In this document: positions 35,901 through 49,487 of the stretch, in pieces
Layout of the letters: each line of letters starts with the position of its first letter
How positions within the stretch are numbered: position 1 is the stretch's first letter
Assembly (NCBI GenBank): GCA_050084985.1
Contig: JBITNC010000001.1
Coordinates: 185,442,001 to 185,506,000 of the forward strand
From: Nageia nagi
Lineage: Eukaryota; Plantae; Pinophyta
Reading direction: 5' to 3'
DNA length: 64,000 nucleotides
The notes under the pieces: generated by a model
What the model saw: the letters and a program-made list of their open reading frames with translations, nothing else
What the model was told of the DNA's origin: nothing
The model's database searches: none
Position numbers and translations under genes: made by a program

Positions 35901-38900
35901 CAATCAAGAACCTCTCTTATGTGTAATTAAACATAGTAATGTAGTGAGCAATTGAAAATAGTAGCAAATAAGCATAATGATAGTAAATAAATAAAATAAT
36001 GTAGTGAGAAATTTGGCAGTAATAGAAAACAAACAAAACAATGTAATGAGAAATTGGGTGATGATAGAGTTTGTGAATTTGCATGCAGTTACATGTTAAG
36101 TTTTTTGCAATACCATTTCACATAACCATTAATTATTTATTGGATTCAAATAAGCAATCAAGAAGATCATCATCTTTCAAATGTTGTTAGGGAGAGGGAA
36201 TTGGGTAATGCCAGGTTACAAGAATTGCTTTATTTTTTACATAGACAAGAGACATGCCATTCTAAATATAGGCTTGGATAATATTACAAACTAGAATAAA
36301 TCATATTTGCATACATAAATAAATATGTTTTCAATTGAGAAAATCACAAAACACTTTTGCATGATAAAGTTTGATTTTGAAAAATTCACTCATGTAAATT
36401 GTAATATGAGTTTCAAGTAATTTTCAATCTAAAATGAATCCATCCTTTGTTATTACTTTGGATACTTGATTATAAACATAATTCAATTTCATTATCATTA
36501 ATTGTTGTTAATCAAATATACACATGAGCAAGATTTGCAAGGAAAGTAAACACATTTAAGTATAAAGCTGTGAGAGACACCTTATTTTTCCTTGAAATTA
36601 CCTCATTAGAAAGTATTTAACAACCACTTCCCTTCATACTTAAGTACTATGATAAGTAAACAAAATTAGTCTCAAACTTCAATTAAAACTACTAAATAGA
36701 TTTACATATTATTTGTCAAAATTGCATATTTAGTTACATATCGTACTTTTTATCTTGATAAAGAGATTGAAAAATTGTATTGGTGTTGCCATTATACATC
36801 CAAATATGTCTCAAAAGAGACTTATTGTTAAGGTAGTAGAAACTAAAACTAAAATTGATATTGTATTGTTGTTTCCACTGTACATGATTTCTATTTCAAC
36901 TAGCACTAGAGGTCCAAATGCTTAATATCCTAGTATTAGTTGTATTGAAGATTGAATGTATCTCTTGACATAAACATGAAGTACCATATGATTATCACAT
37001 TATTTTGATTAATAAATAGTGTTGTGCTATCAGATCTAGCTATTATTAATGATATAAATTAGTAGTAAATATTAAAAAAAGTAATAATTGGAAATCTAGT
37101 TATTACATTTCATAATAGGAAATATGATAAAAATGCTAGCCAAAATAAGAAAAGAAATCTCAAAATCAAAAAAATGTTATAGTGGAAGTAATTACATACC
37201 TATGGACAAAATAATTATACAACTACATAATGGAAAACTATATTCCCTCCATTTTTTGATATCCTACATGGGGCACATATTGAGCTTATTTTGACCTACA
37301 TTTGCTGTGTTTATTTACTATCACTATGTTTATTTGCAATTTCTCACTAAGTTATTATCTTTATTTCTATTAGTATTTATTAGGTAGCCACTTCACCACC
37401 CTATACATTCATTACTATCTCATTAATTTGAACTATCTAAACTTCACTATGTTTATTTGCTATGACTATGTTTACTTTCTACAATTGTTTATTTGTTACT
37501 ACTACCAATTTATCACTATGTTATAATTTATATTGGCTATTTCTAATACTATGGATAGAAAAAGCAATATTCCAGTCTACCAATTTCTCACTATGTAACA
37601 ATGTTTATTTCCTATTTCTAATATTATGGATAAAATAATCAATAGAGAAGCAATATACATATCTCATGCTTTTAAATGAAACTAGAACTTATCTCTTTTA
37701 TTGCTTGGTCTCTTTCACTCCTCTCTCCATATGAAATGAAATGTTATGCTTTCTCTATATAATTATAGGAGATTTCATAAAAGAATTGGAGGGACTATAA
37801 ATTGAATTTAGAAAGTGCATTAATGTTGGTGGATTAATTTGGTTCAATCTATATTTATTAGCATGTTGTTTTATTACAAATATTGTGGCATTATTCTATC
37901 CTTGGTTGTAGGTATACATAGGCTAGACAAGTGAGAGGTTGGTTGGCAAGATGGAACATGAGGGGATATTTGATGGGCCATCATATAGTTTAAAATGGTT
38001 TCATGATGATCATTTCATGGGTTATTAATGTTTTGATCATATGTGGGTTATATTTTATAGAGGATTATATTTTGTTATTAATGGTTGATGATATCATGTA
38101 TGGTTGGAAAAAATGTAATATGTTGACTTTATGTTTGTATCTATTTGAAGCAACCATGGTTGATCTTATGAAAGGTTGGATTTCATTTTGTTAGGAACAT
38201 AATATATTTGTATGAAAATGAAATGTATAATTGATAAAATGAATGTACTTTGGCCCCATAAAAATACTATTAATAAATCATATTATGTATAATCAATGAT
38301 TAAGTGATTGTTATTTTACTTTAAGTATAATTTTGAATTTGATATAATTAATTCATTCCCTAATGTGAGGTCATAGGCATTACTAATGTCCCCTGTATTG
38401 GACCCTACCCAACTAGGGGGCTCTCTCCCCTACATATATGTTAAATCCACTTCTTTTCTTTTGTGATAGAAGCTTAAAGGAAACTATCAAAGGTGGATTT
38501 ATCAGGTTGTTGGTGGTGCAACCTTGAGAGATCATGTGACCCCGCTCAGGGTGCCCATGGCCTAGGTCAAGATGCTAAAGCCCCCAAGGGGGCTTAGGGG
38601 TTTGTTGTTGCGATTATAGAGTTTGTATTGAAAATTGATGATCTATGTGTTATTATTGGAGTACTTTGATCTCTTCCTACTACCACTTCTAGTTCTTTAT
38701 AGAATTCAATCTACCTATCCTTCTTTGCAATATCATTCTTAAGTTTGGCCATTAGTTCCCTCATCTCCCTTAATTCCTTGCTTCCTTATTTCTTCATGAA
38801 GCTTCCATTTCCACTTGATACATTCTCTCTGTGGAATTTAAATTCTTAATGATCTCCATGTACAACTCCACATGCTAATTTATATGCACAAGCATCAACT

Positions 38901-40444
38901 TCTCTAATTTCACACCTAGTGAATCATGAAGTAGTTGAGTTAACTTCTTATTTCAATATGGGATATGGATGCTTTTATTCATCAATTTCCATTGGAGCTC
39001 ATGATCCCTGTCAAGGGAGCTTGTAACTCCTACATGGTAAAATGAACCTCACGAAGGGAAACCATAACACCTATGGGATGCCATGAACCCCTACAAGATT
39101 TCATAATGTTCAAGTTACTAATTGACACAAAGAAAATAAGACTCCAAATAATAATAATATTATTTTCATTACTTACCAATTTTACTAAACTTCTTAAGGG
39201 TTTGAGAGTTTAGTTATAAATGAAGGTTGATAAAGCATAAATAAAAGCATAAAACACATAGAGCTCCATAATTACAAAGCTATTTATTCCCACAAATACT
39301 ACCACACTCCAGTGAATGGCTATATGAAAAAAATTCATCATTGTTCTTGTATTGAAAGTGGGTTTAATGAAGATTAAATATCTAGAGTAAGGAGTAACCC
39401 ATGAGGAATAAATATTTTTATGACTACAATCTAATTAAATTTCAAACTCATTTAATTCCTAATGACCTTATCGTCATAATTCTTAACTGGAAGCCTTATT
39501 CTAATTCTCTTTGTAAGATAATAATAGTGGGAAGATATTTGTAGAGAGTGATCCAATTTGATTTAAATTAGATATCCTTAAATGTTGAAACTCCTTGGGG
39601 CTTAGGGAGTATTAGTATTTGTTGGTAAACCACCAATACAATATGATGAATTTTAATGTTAGATTATGTAAACGCTTATAATGAAGGGTCATTTGACTGA
39701 GTCCATGGTACCCCATGATTATGTTAGTGATTAAGACTATGTGAGGTTGTGACCATTATGTTAGTGGTTCACCTTATGCTTGGTATTCAAAATTGATAAC
39801 ATTGTCTCATGATGATCCTTGTGGCCTATAGGTTCTTGTAGCCCTTATATTGTGCCCATGGACCCCATGGGTGCTTGTGGCCCGTTATGAGGTTCCCATG
39901 GCCCAAGCTGATTTGTTGGACTAATTGGGCTATATTCACCCACATATATCAAGCCCTACATGGGAATGATCCAAAATCCTTGATCTTGCTAATTGGGTGG
40001 TATCCATGTGTAGCATCCCTCACCTTAATGTTTTTGGTCCACCCAATAAGACCATCTACAAAGGATAAATAGCTTGGATGATTCAACTATGTTCTCATCA
40101 TAATGCTTGCTCTACTAGGTTTCTCATGGTGGTTATAATATTATAGAATAATGTTTGGATCTCCCTTCTAGCTTTAGCAAGAAGACTTAATCAATATCAT
40201 GTGTTTTTAATGGATCTAATCTCACTAGGTCTCCTATTTTGATCTCCCAAGTTGGTAGAAGCTATTGTCTCATTCCTAACACATAAAATAGAAGGAAGTG
40301 GTTTGATAAGTGGACAATTAAAACTAGATTTCCCTCTTCTTAGTTATAGCTTCTAATAATTGACCTACCCTACCTTCCATTTTTTTAACTTTATAATGTT
40401 TCTCATATTTATTTGACTAATTAAGTTTTATATTAATAAAATCT

Positions 40445-41320
40445 TAAGTCATACAAAAGTAAAAGATGGAAAAATCACATCCCTTATGAAATTGCATACA
40501 ATAGTAAAAAGAGGACACATAAGCTTTATCAAAATAACACTACCTGACAAATGGTAGGACTAGAAAAAAGCCACATTATAGATTGGAATATAAAAATGCT
40601 ATAAAAAAAAACAAACAACCACCACAACTTATGGCACTACAACCAATCCATAGAAAAACCACACTATGCATTTAATCATAGATCATGTCATGTGAGGAAA
40701 TAACTACCCATGATAGAGATGGTTACAAAAAGCATTTAATCATTGGTGGGAGGAGGAGAGTGATTATTTGGTCACATGGGAGACAAAGTAATATCCTCAA
40801 ATTCCTTACTAACATACTCATTCTCATTCAAATCATTATCCTTCCAAATATTTTGCAAGATATGTAGCCAATGAGTATGATCTAGTGTGTCCTAAATCTC
40901 CCACCAATTGGGATTAATACTTATCATGGGTTTAATAGTAGTAAATGATGTTGCAACCCATCCATACACAACCATTTCTTCCTTATTTGGAGTGGTATAC
41001 CATCCACTACCACTAGGATTATTATACCATCCACTACCACTAGGATTATTATACCATCCACTACCACCACCTTCATTTTGGTCAACCCAACCATCATCAT
41101 GATGATCCCCCTAACCTTCATTACAATGCAAGGAAACTGAGTGATGTTCCCACCTTGAGCAATACAAGGGGATGTTGGACAAGAATATCTCATTTGATCA
41201 TGAATGATTGAATGGAAAGGTGCTTTATTTTCCAACTACAATCTTTGAACTTCATGTAAGGATCTTTGATCTCGCTCCTTTTGTTCCTCATATTTGATTA
41301 TCATTTGTTGGATGTGGGGA
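40445..41320 (-). pseudogene. Unknown GW-rich coding relic, copy 1
   Basis: NEIF..SRW..EG*GDHHDDGWVDQNEGGGSGWYNNPSGSGWYNNPSGSGWY..YGWV..NPNWWEI*DTLDHTHWLHILQNIWK; collinear with copy 2. Confidence 0.5.
40996..41068. repeat. 27-bp perfect tandem repeat (about 2.7 copies)
   Basis: tataccatccactaccactaggattat starts at 40996, 41023 and 41050. Confidence 0.95.
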
Positions 41321-42180
41321 ATTGATTCTTACTTATTTCTTATATATATAAATAAGAAATGATTTTATAAAAGTTTAAATTAAACTTTATAATTTGTCTT
41401 TCATAATTTTGAATTTTATTATTCAAAGTTATTATGTGAAACATAGGTAAATAATTATCATAATATTATGATAAATATTCTTTTTTTTTAGATGAAATTA
41501 GAAATATCTATTTATATAATTTGTAATCTTTTAAATGATCTCTTTTGATAGTGTTTTTTAAAACTAAATGAGGAGAAACTAAGTATCTAAATTCCCCTTG
41601 ATTTTTTTTAAATGCTTATGGGAAAGAAGTAAGAAACAATATCTTATTACAATTTTTTTGATATTTTTGTAGTTGTATCTAAAAGCATTATGAGAAGTAG
41701 AACATCAAGATTTAAATTGTGATAGTTTTCTTAAATAGCATGTATTATTTTAAGGAGATATGATATGATACTAATTAGGTTGTAAGATTTAACACTTATT
41801 ATTAAAACATTGACATATACACTTTTCAAATTATTATTTTTAGTCAAATTGGAACAATTCTTTGATGTTAGAAGATGATGAATTTTTTTTAAAAGGTGAT
41901 ATAATTAAAATTTATAATACATTTTTTTAATGAATATAAATTCAATGTAAGTAATTTTTTACTAAAAGCTTGATGATCTTTGACACTTTTTGATATCATG
42001 TTTAGCAAATTGAATAATTCCTTTGTGAATTTCTTTTGTATAAGTCCTATTACATTTATTGATCAAAATAATTATTGTGCATATTTTCCTTAGTTGAATG
42101 AAAATTGTTTTTCCTCAAAATATTATACATGTAGTAGATTGTGTATTTTTTAATGATTTGGATTGTATTAAAAATAAAAT

Positions 42181-42990
42181 CTAAATCATACAAAAATGTA
42201 TTGGGTGGAAAAATTCACACCCATGCATTGAGTGTAGTACCAATCACATCAAAGAACATCATAAAATGATCGTTCAAACTACCCAACACTTGGTAGGAGA
42301 AAAGGAAAATACCACTGAATGTAGAAACTAACTAAAACAAATACATTGAGGAGAATCTAGGGATAACACAACATGCACTAAAAAAAGATCCATGCAGTAA
42401 GTGATAACTAACTATTGGAGCATGATCAACATTTAAATGCATTTAACACTATATAATAGGAGGTGAGGAGTTGGTTGGTAGTGTGGGAGATGATGAATTA
42501 TCAATATTATCATTAATTACAACATCATGCTTAGTCATCTCTTCATTATATTTCCAAATATTTGATAGTATACATGGTTAATGAGTTCTATCAAGTATTT
42601 CTTGAATCTCTTGCTATTTGGGATCTACATTATTTGTGTAGGGAATAACATTATATGAAGTAGTCACCTAGCCCTTTACCATTTCCCCTTCCTTGTTTGT
42701 AGTTGTAATACATAACTTTGGCCAACCAATAGAATTATCATGCCATCCAATACTTTCCCCATTGATTTTCTTCCCTAACCATCACTATAGTGAGAAGAAT
42801 TTAGGTGTTCCTCCCACCCAGAGTGATGATAGGGGGAGCTTGGATGAATATCTCATCCATGAGCCTATCTTTAAGGTGGTCAAAATATGGCTTTATCATC
42901 CAAGCATTATCATAAAATGAGCTTTGATATCTCTCTCAAAGATGTAGATGATGGTGTTTCCTTTATCTCAAATGGTCTAGATGCTTAAGC
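42181..42990 (-). pseudogene. Unknown GW-rich coding relic, copy 2
   Basis: DEIF..SGWEEH..DG*G..SIGWHDNSIGW..EMVKG*V..DPK*QEIQEILDRTH*PCILSNIWK, read across frameshifts; offset ~1.74 kb from copy 1. Confidence 0.5.
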
Positions 42991-44565
42991 AATAGAGGGA
43001 GGTGAGCAATAGATCATAGGATATTACCCCAATAGTTGAAAAAATGTTAAATATTCTTAACCTCCAATGTGACCTTATTGACCTAACCATTAATCTTGAA
43101 CCAAATATCATGAAAAATAGTAAGCTTATCAGCTAATGAGAAGTCCACTACCAAAAGTTTTCCTAAAAAAATCACATTTTTTTCTTGCCATTTACAAAAT
43201 TAAATTTTAATTTTGAATGTATTTCAAAAATACTGAAGAACTTCAAAGAAATTAGGAGGATCTTATAAGAGATGATGAAGTCACATTAATGGTTGCTTAT
43301 GGTAGGGGTGGAAGAAATATTCCATCTAAGACCAAGCCTTTGAGTTTTATTACAATGCCAAAATATGTGCATGAGAGTCTCTTCTAAGCTACAAAATTAA
43401 AACAAACAATTTCCTAGACCCAAGTGTTTCAATCTATAACCCATAGGTATACCTTAAAAAACTAAGCTCTAGAAAAAGAAGGCTTATTTGGGTTTGATGT
43501 ACTTGGCCTATATAATTTTAAAATGAAATATCCAAGCCTCATTAGAGGATTGAAGATCCCAAAGTTCATTAAGTTTGGGGACAATGGGTAAGTTAGGTGA
43601 AAACTAATTGTAGTTATGTTTGGATGAGTACAAAGAAAGGGGAACATCCTTAAACCATTTCTATTACATCCACCAAGGGCACTATGAGTGTTATCCCAAC
43701 TTAGGCCAAAGATAGAAAGGTATGCAATTAACCACTATGTCATAGGTGTATTTTTCCATAGGCTTCAATACATATATTTGTTTAATAAATACCTTTTGGA
43801 GAATCCAAATCTTAGAATACTAGTTGTAAAATTCTTTAATAGAAGTAATTCCTTTTTTGAAAAAATGTTTAGCTTGATTCTATTGTGTGCTAGCCAAAGG
43901 AATATTATAAAAATCAATGGCTAAAGACCACCAAAAATTAAGATGATAAATGGAAACTCCTTTGCATTTTCCACCTCCTTTTCAAGTAAGCCATCTATTT
44001 GAAAACCTCCCATGCTTTCTAAATACTTTTATAGATAAAGGAACTAATAATTTTGATCAAAATAAGGGTTACAATGAGTGAGGGACTACCTAAGGGAATC
44101 CCTTAGGAAATATAGTGACTAAAAAGAATTTTCTAGGATTTAAGGCCTTGGAAGGCTTTGATAATTAATCTATAACTAAAAGGAGCTCCTTTCCATTGGA
44201 AATTAAAAATCCTCATACCACTAGAGACCTTGGAGAGACAACATAATTCCCACACAACTCGATGAAAGCCTTTCAATTCCTTATCATTGGCCCATAAAAC
44301 ATCTTTGAGAACATTTTCCAACTTTTTATAGGAGGATTATGAATGGAGTCAATATGAAGAGTAGCAAACATGAGTGGATGGTAAAAATTTGGAACAAATT
44401 TGAAATTTTCCTCTACATGAGAACTTTTTAGATATCCAATAAGATATCTTTTTCTCAACTATCTAAAGCACATAGTTCTGTAATTAGGTTGGGGTGGTAT
44501 GAAAAGAAAAGGGAATACATATAAAGTTAAGCATTGCTCTAGGTTGAACCATTTCCATTGAAAAA

Positions 44566-47500
44566 TATGATGTTCCCTTTTACTAGTTCCTTTTTAGGTG
44601 TGATTTTGTAGGTAGTAGTGTTTAATGTATTGTAGGCATGATTATAACCTCAATATATGATACTTATGGGTACTATGGACCAATTGTGAGCCCTAATATA
44701 GAATGTATCCCTCCTAAAGATAAATTAGAGAATTTAAGTATAATTATGTTGATCCCAACACAAACACATGAATATAGGATGAGAACATTATTTGGTGCGG
44801 TCTTGAGGCATGAGGAGGGATGCCCAAGAATGATGTCTCATTGGTGGGTGTGTAGGTGCCTATCCTTGAAGGATTTTTATCTATTTGGTTGAAAAAATAT
44901 TAAGGGGGGTATCATTGAGCATATTTTCTATTTTTTATCTTTGAATTGGAAATATCATCTCTTGGGCCTCTTGTTGGAAAAAAACCCAATGTGGAGAAGG
45001 GTTTAGTAGGATGTAGCCCCCACTAGATCTTAGCTAGGAATGAAAACCTTTTGTTAGACCATCCTTGAATCTTATATCTAGGGGTTTAAGGCCTTAGTAG
45101 TGTAATGCCAACATTTAGAGCATGTTGTGCCCTAAATATGGTTCATTCAGCTAGACATTAGCCCTCTTGGGCTATTTTGGTTGTATCTTGATCCATCCTT
45201 ATTTAATATTGAGATGTTAGCATTATTCTCCTATTTTGTCTTGTGCATTAGATAATTTTTGGTATAATCTAATTATTATTACTCATTTTTGAATTGGCTA
45301 GTAATTTAGAATAAGGATAATTTGGGAAGATCACGATGGTATCAAAGCTATAATCCTATCATCTTGTGGGAGGAGTCATGAATATAATCAAACGAGAAGA
45401 TTTACCAAAGGCAAAATGGGAAGAAATATCCCATGGCATCACAAAATAAATCCAAGGAGGATGCAAGGGGGAAATATGGGGATCCAATTTGGTAGAGTTA
45501 GATGAATGAGCTAGAGCATGCACATAAAGAGGTGCATGAAGAATGAGTGAATCCACATAAAGATCAAACCATAAAGAGGTTTGATGACTTGTTGGAAATT
45601 TTGAAGATAATTGGGGAGCAAATATAGTAGTAGAATGAGCATGTGACTAATAAGGAAGTGAAGGAGAGGGACATAAAGGCTAGAAAAAGCATTAGGACAC
45701 CCCATACTCAAAGATTCACTTCTACTTGTTAGAGGGATCCAGGAGGAGAAGAAGTATTATTGCATAAGACTCATGAGAAAAACATAGAATGAGAAGAATC
45801 ATTTCTACATAAGACTTATGAGAAAAACCTAGAAGGAGAAGAGGAATTTCCAAGGTTGCTTGCAACTATTCAAGATAAGATCTACTAGAGAACCACTTAT
45901 CAAAGAATAGATTATGGATAAATTTTTAGAGAGGAATGTGTCAAATATGGATGTGGTATTTCCACCTATACCTCATCCTAGTAAGCACATATTTTTGCTA
46001 AGGTAGGAGAGTAGTATGATCTTGATATATTCTCTTGAGCTAAATTAATTATATTAGGAGTACTATTTGTATTCACCAAAATTCAAGAGTGCTGTCACTT
46101 TCTCCATGTATTTGAAATTTTTAGGGAAGAGGGCTAGTGAGAGTCATTCTCATGGTAGATCCTATGAGGATAGGAGAGATCTATAATAGAGGATAAGTAG
46201 AATATAGGTACCATTATTTTATGGGAGAAACAAAATGACTGTAAGGGTAGTGATACAAAAGTTATAGACATACTTCATACTTAGTCCCATGATGGAAGAG
46301 GATGCCATAAACTTAGATGCCCTAGTATATGACTTGTGGCAATACGACATGACTACATAGGGTCATGGATCTATCACTTTCTTTGATGTATTTAGTAGAA
46401 GAATGATAGACCACTTTAACCAAAAGGATGAGGGGTTAGTGGAAGAGTATGTGGTAGAATTGTAATGGATCATTGTAATGGTTTATAGCATTTCAAAGAA
46501 GAGGGTTATCTTCCTCTTCATAAAAGGATTAACAAAGCCATTGAGGGATTTGGTTAAGTATTTCTTGCTAACACAACTACAAAATGCCATTAAAATGGAA
46601 TTGGATTTGAAACCTAGCATGATGAGGATCAAACTCACCATTCTAACTAGGATGAGGATGTTTGGGAGAGGGACATTATAGGTATGACCTCCAACCACCA
46701 AAAGGATTAAACCATCAAGGGAGAGAAAGAAAAACTAGGAGACAAGAAATGAGTTGAGGAAGATGAACTTATGCTTCAGTTGCAAACAACTTTGGGAGCA
46801 TGTCCATAGGTGCTTGGAAAAAGGATAAGTACACTACTTTGAAGTTATTTTAGAGGATGGCTATTTAGATTTGGAGCTAGAATTGGGAGGGTTGGATTTA
46901 AAGTAGGAATATCTTACTTTTGATAATAAGAATACCATAGGAGGTATGGTTGCATCAATTTATGGAGTACCCAAATACTTCATGCTTAAGGTGAAGGGGA
47001 TGCTTGTAAACCAAGTGGTGATGGTGTTGAGAGATCTAGGAGCAAGACATAATTTCATTGATGAATAATTTATGCATAAGAAAGGAATGAAGGCTAAGAA
47101 TTTTTAAGGATTCTATGTGACCAATGCTAATGGGAAACTCATGTTGGTGGAAATGATAGTGGAGAATTTTAGCTTAAGGGTTCAAGATTATGTGACTAAG
47201 AAAGCCTTCTATGTCTACTCTCTAGATGGCATTCCTCAATTTTTGGAGTGTAATTATTATACACTTATGAGATATTTTTCAAATTATCAAAAGCTGGTGA
47301 TGAAATTTGAAGTAGATGGGAAGGAATACACATTGTAAGGTATCAATGATTATTTTTTACAATCTTCATCTAGCCATTTAGAGATTGTATCCAAATTTGG
47401 ATGGTTAGGTAAGAGGGACATAGGAAGATAAGAGAGTTATTCATGAGTGGATATATAATGTTTAGATTATAAGGGTATTGGGAGCATTTTTACACTCTTG

Positions 47501-49487
47501 GGTCACCAATCCATAGGCTAGGAAGGTGATATTCAAGTTTTGGGAAGGTATTCTTTACATGATCCTTTAGTTTCATTAATTTTTGACTTCATTTTAAGTT
47601 TAGAGATGATATCACTTTCAAGGGATGCATGTGGTTGAGATATGGACATAATTTTGCAAAATGTTCCCTTACATTGATGGACATTAAGACTCTATTACAT
47701 CTCATGGAGACTTTGAGTACTATTATTAAAATACTAGTTGCATATGCATCATTGGATCATGGTTTGGATAATAGTATGCATGCATGGGAGGATGCATTAA
47801 TTTCTAAAGAGATGAAGGGTATTTGGGTGATATTGGAGGATGATAATACCCCAAAAATAGCATAAATTTATGCCTTTACACCTACTACAAAAATGGAATT
47901 AATGATCTTATTCAAGAGAAGTGTTGACCATAAGTCGAAGACTTCGAAGAGTGGAATGAATCCATTGGTAGCACTTGATGATGATTTGGATACTAATGGA
48001 TAAGGGACAATTTGGGAATTACTTGATAAATATTTGGGGGATTTATTTTATTCCTCATGGGTTGTGTTATAGGGGATCATGATAACAACACAATATGGAG
48101 GAGAATGAGGCATTGCTTGGGCTTCCATTAGCATTATTGGGACTAATTTATTTTCTACCATTAGAGCTCTATTAGAAACCTTTTGGTTAACACTCCTTAT
48201 GATGTTTAGGGATGTTGGTGAAGATCCAAAATTAGAAATATTTTATCCTTTGCTCCCTTGGTGATTAGTTCTGCATTAGAGCTAAGAATGGGAGACATGA
48301 ATTAGTAGCTTTCATATATACTTATATGGAAGCTAGACATGAGTTAGTAGATTTCATATATGCTTATATGGAAGCTAAAAATGAGTTAGTAGACTTAATA
48401 TATGCCTCTATGAAAGCTAGACATGAGTTAGTAGATTTCATATATGCTTATATGGAAGCTAAAAATGAGTTAGTAGACTTAATATATGCCTTTATGAAAG
48501 CTAGACATGAGTTACTAGATTTCATATATGCTTATGTGCAAGAAATGAAAGATGAAGTTGATATGATGAAGATGGTACTTTAGAAGTTATTCACAACATG
48601 TATGAATATTGATGTGGCCAATACACTAAAGGTAAGAATCCACTACCTTGAAGAAACAAGGGTCATCAAAAATCTTGCATTGCTTGGGATCAAGAAATTT
48701 GAGAAGGGAGGACTATGATAATCCCTTTTACTAGCCATTCCTTTTTAGGAGTGATTTTGTAGTTAGTAGTGTTTAATATATTATAGGCATGATTGTAATC
48801 TCAAGATAAGAGACTTATGGGTCACATGGATCAATTGTGAGACCTAATGTGGAACTTATTCCTCTTAGAGATATATTAGAGCATTTAAGTGTAAATGTAT
48901 GGATCCCAAGGAAAAATGCATGATTAGAGGGTGAGTGCATGATTTGGTATAATCCCAAGGCATGAGGAGGGATTCCTAATCATGTCATCTCCTTGATGGA
49001 TGTATAGGCATCCAACCTTCAATATTCCTATATATTTCAATATTGTAACATTAAAGGGGTATCATTAAGCATATTTAGCATTTTCTATCTTCAAAGTGGA
49101 AGTGCCATCTCTTAGGCCTCTTGTTGGATGAAAACCTAGTGTAGAAAAGGGTTATAGTGGGACATATCCCTCATTGGATCTTGGATAAGGATGAAAAACC
49201 TTATTTAAATCATCCTTACATCTTATATCCCAGGGTTGAAGGCCCTAGTAGTGCAATGTTAGTATTTGGAGAGTATTGTGCCTTAAATATAGTTCATTGA
49301 GCTAGACATCTGCTCAATTGGGCCATTTTAGTTGTATCTTGTTCAATATTAAGATGTTGGTATTATTATCCCATTTTATATTATGCATTGGATATTTTGT
49401 GGTATAATTTTATTTTTCCTACTCATTTCCTTATTCATTTCTAAATTGGCTAAAAAATTGGAATAAGGATAATTTGGGAACATCACA
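44566..49487 (+). mobile_element. Ty3/gypsy (chromovirus-like) non-autonomous element with gag and protease only
   Basis: LTRs 44566-45335 and 48714-49487 (~770 bp, strongly diverged, t(g/a)tgat..atcaca ends); PBS TGGTATCAAAGC at 45337-45348; PPT gagaagggaggac before 48714; flanks AAAAA / AAAAG; LCFSCKQLWEHVHRC knuckle; DLGARHNFID protease site; no RT or IN motifs seen. Confidence 0.85.
48292..48538. repeat. 42-bp tandem repeat with 84-bp higher-order dimer
   Basis: ORF 48326-48583 reads MEARHELVDFIYAY / MEAKNELVDLIYAS / MKARHELVDFIYAY / MEAKNELVDLIYAF / MKARHELLDFIYAY. Confidence 0.95.

Noticed and set aside
37650-40400. GC-richer patches resembling LTR or UTR fragments (38390-38600, 39000-39100, 39700-39900)
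   Set aside because: No boundaries, TSD, PBS or coding motifs could be fixed.
41340-42180. Spacer between the GW blocks as a coding relic
   Set aside because: Too decayed and AT-rich to support any translation.
48326-48583. 85-aa repeat ORF as a real gene
   Set aside because: It is open because the 42-bp unit lacks a stop; it lies inside a decayed retroelement.
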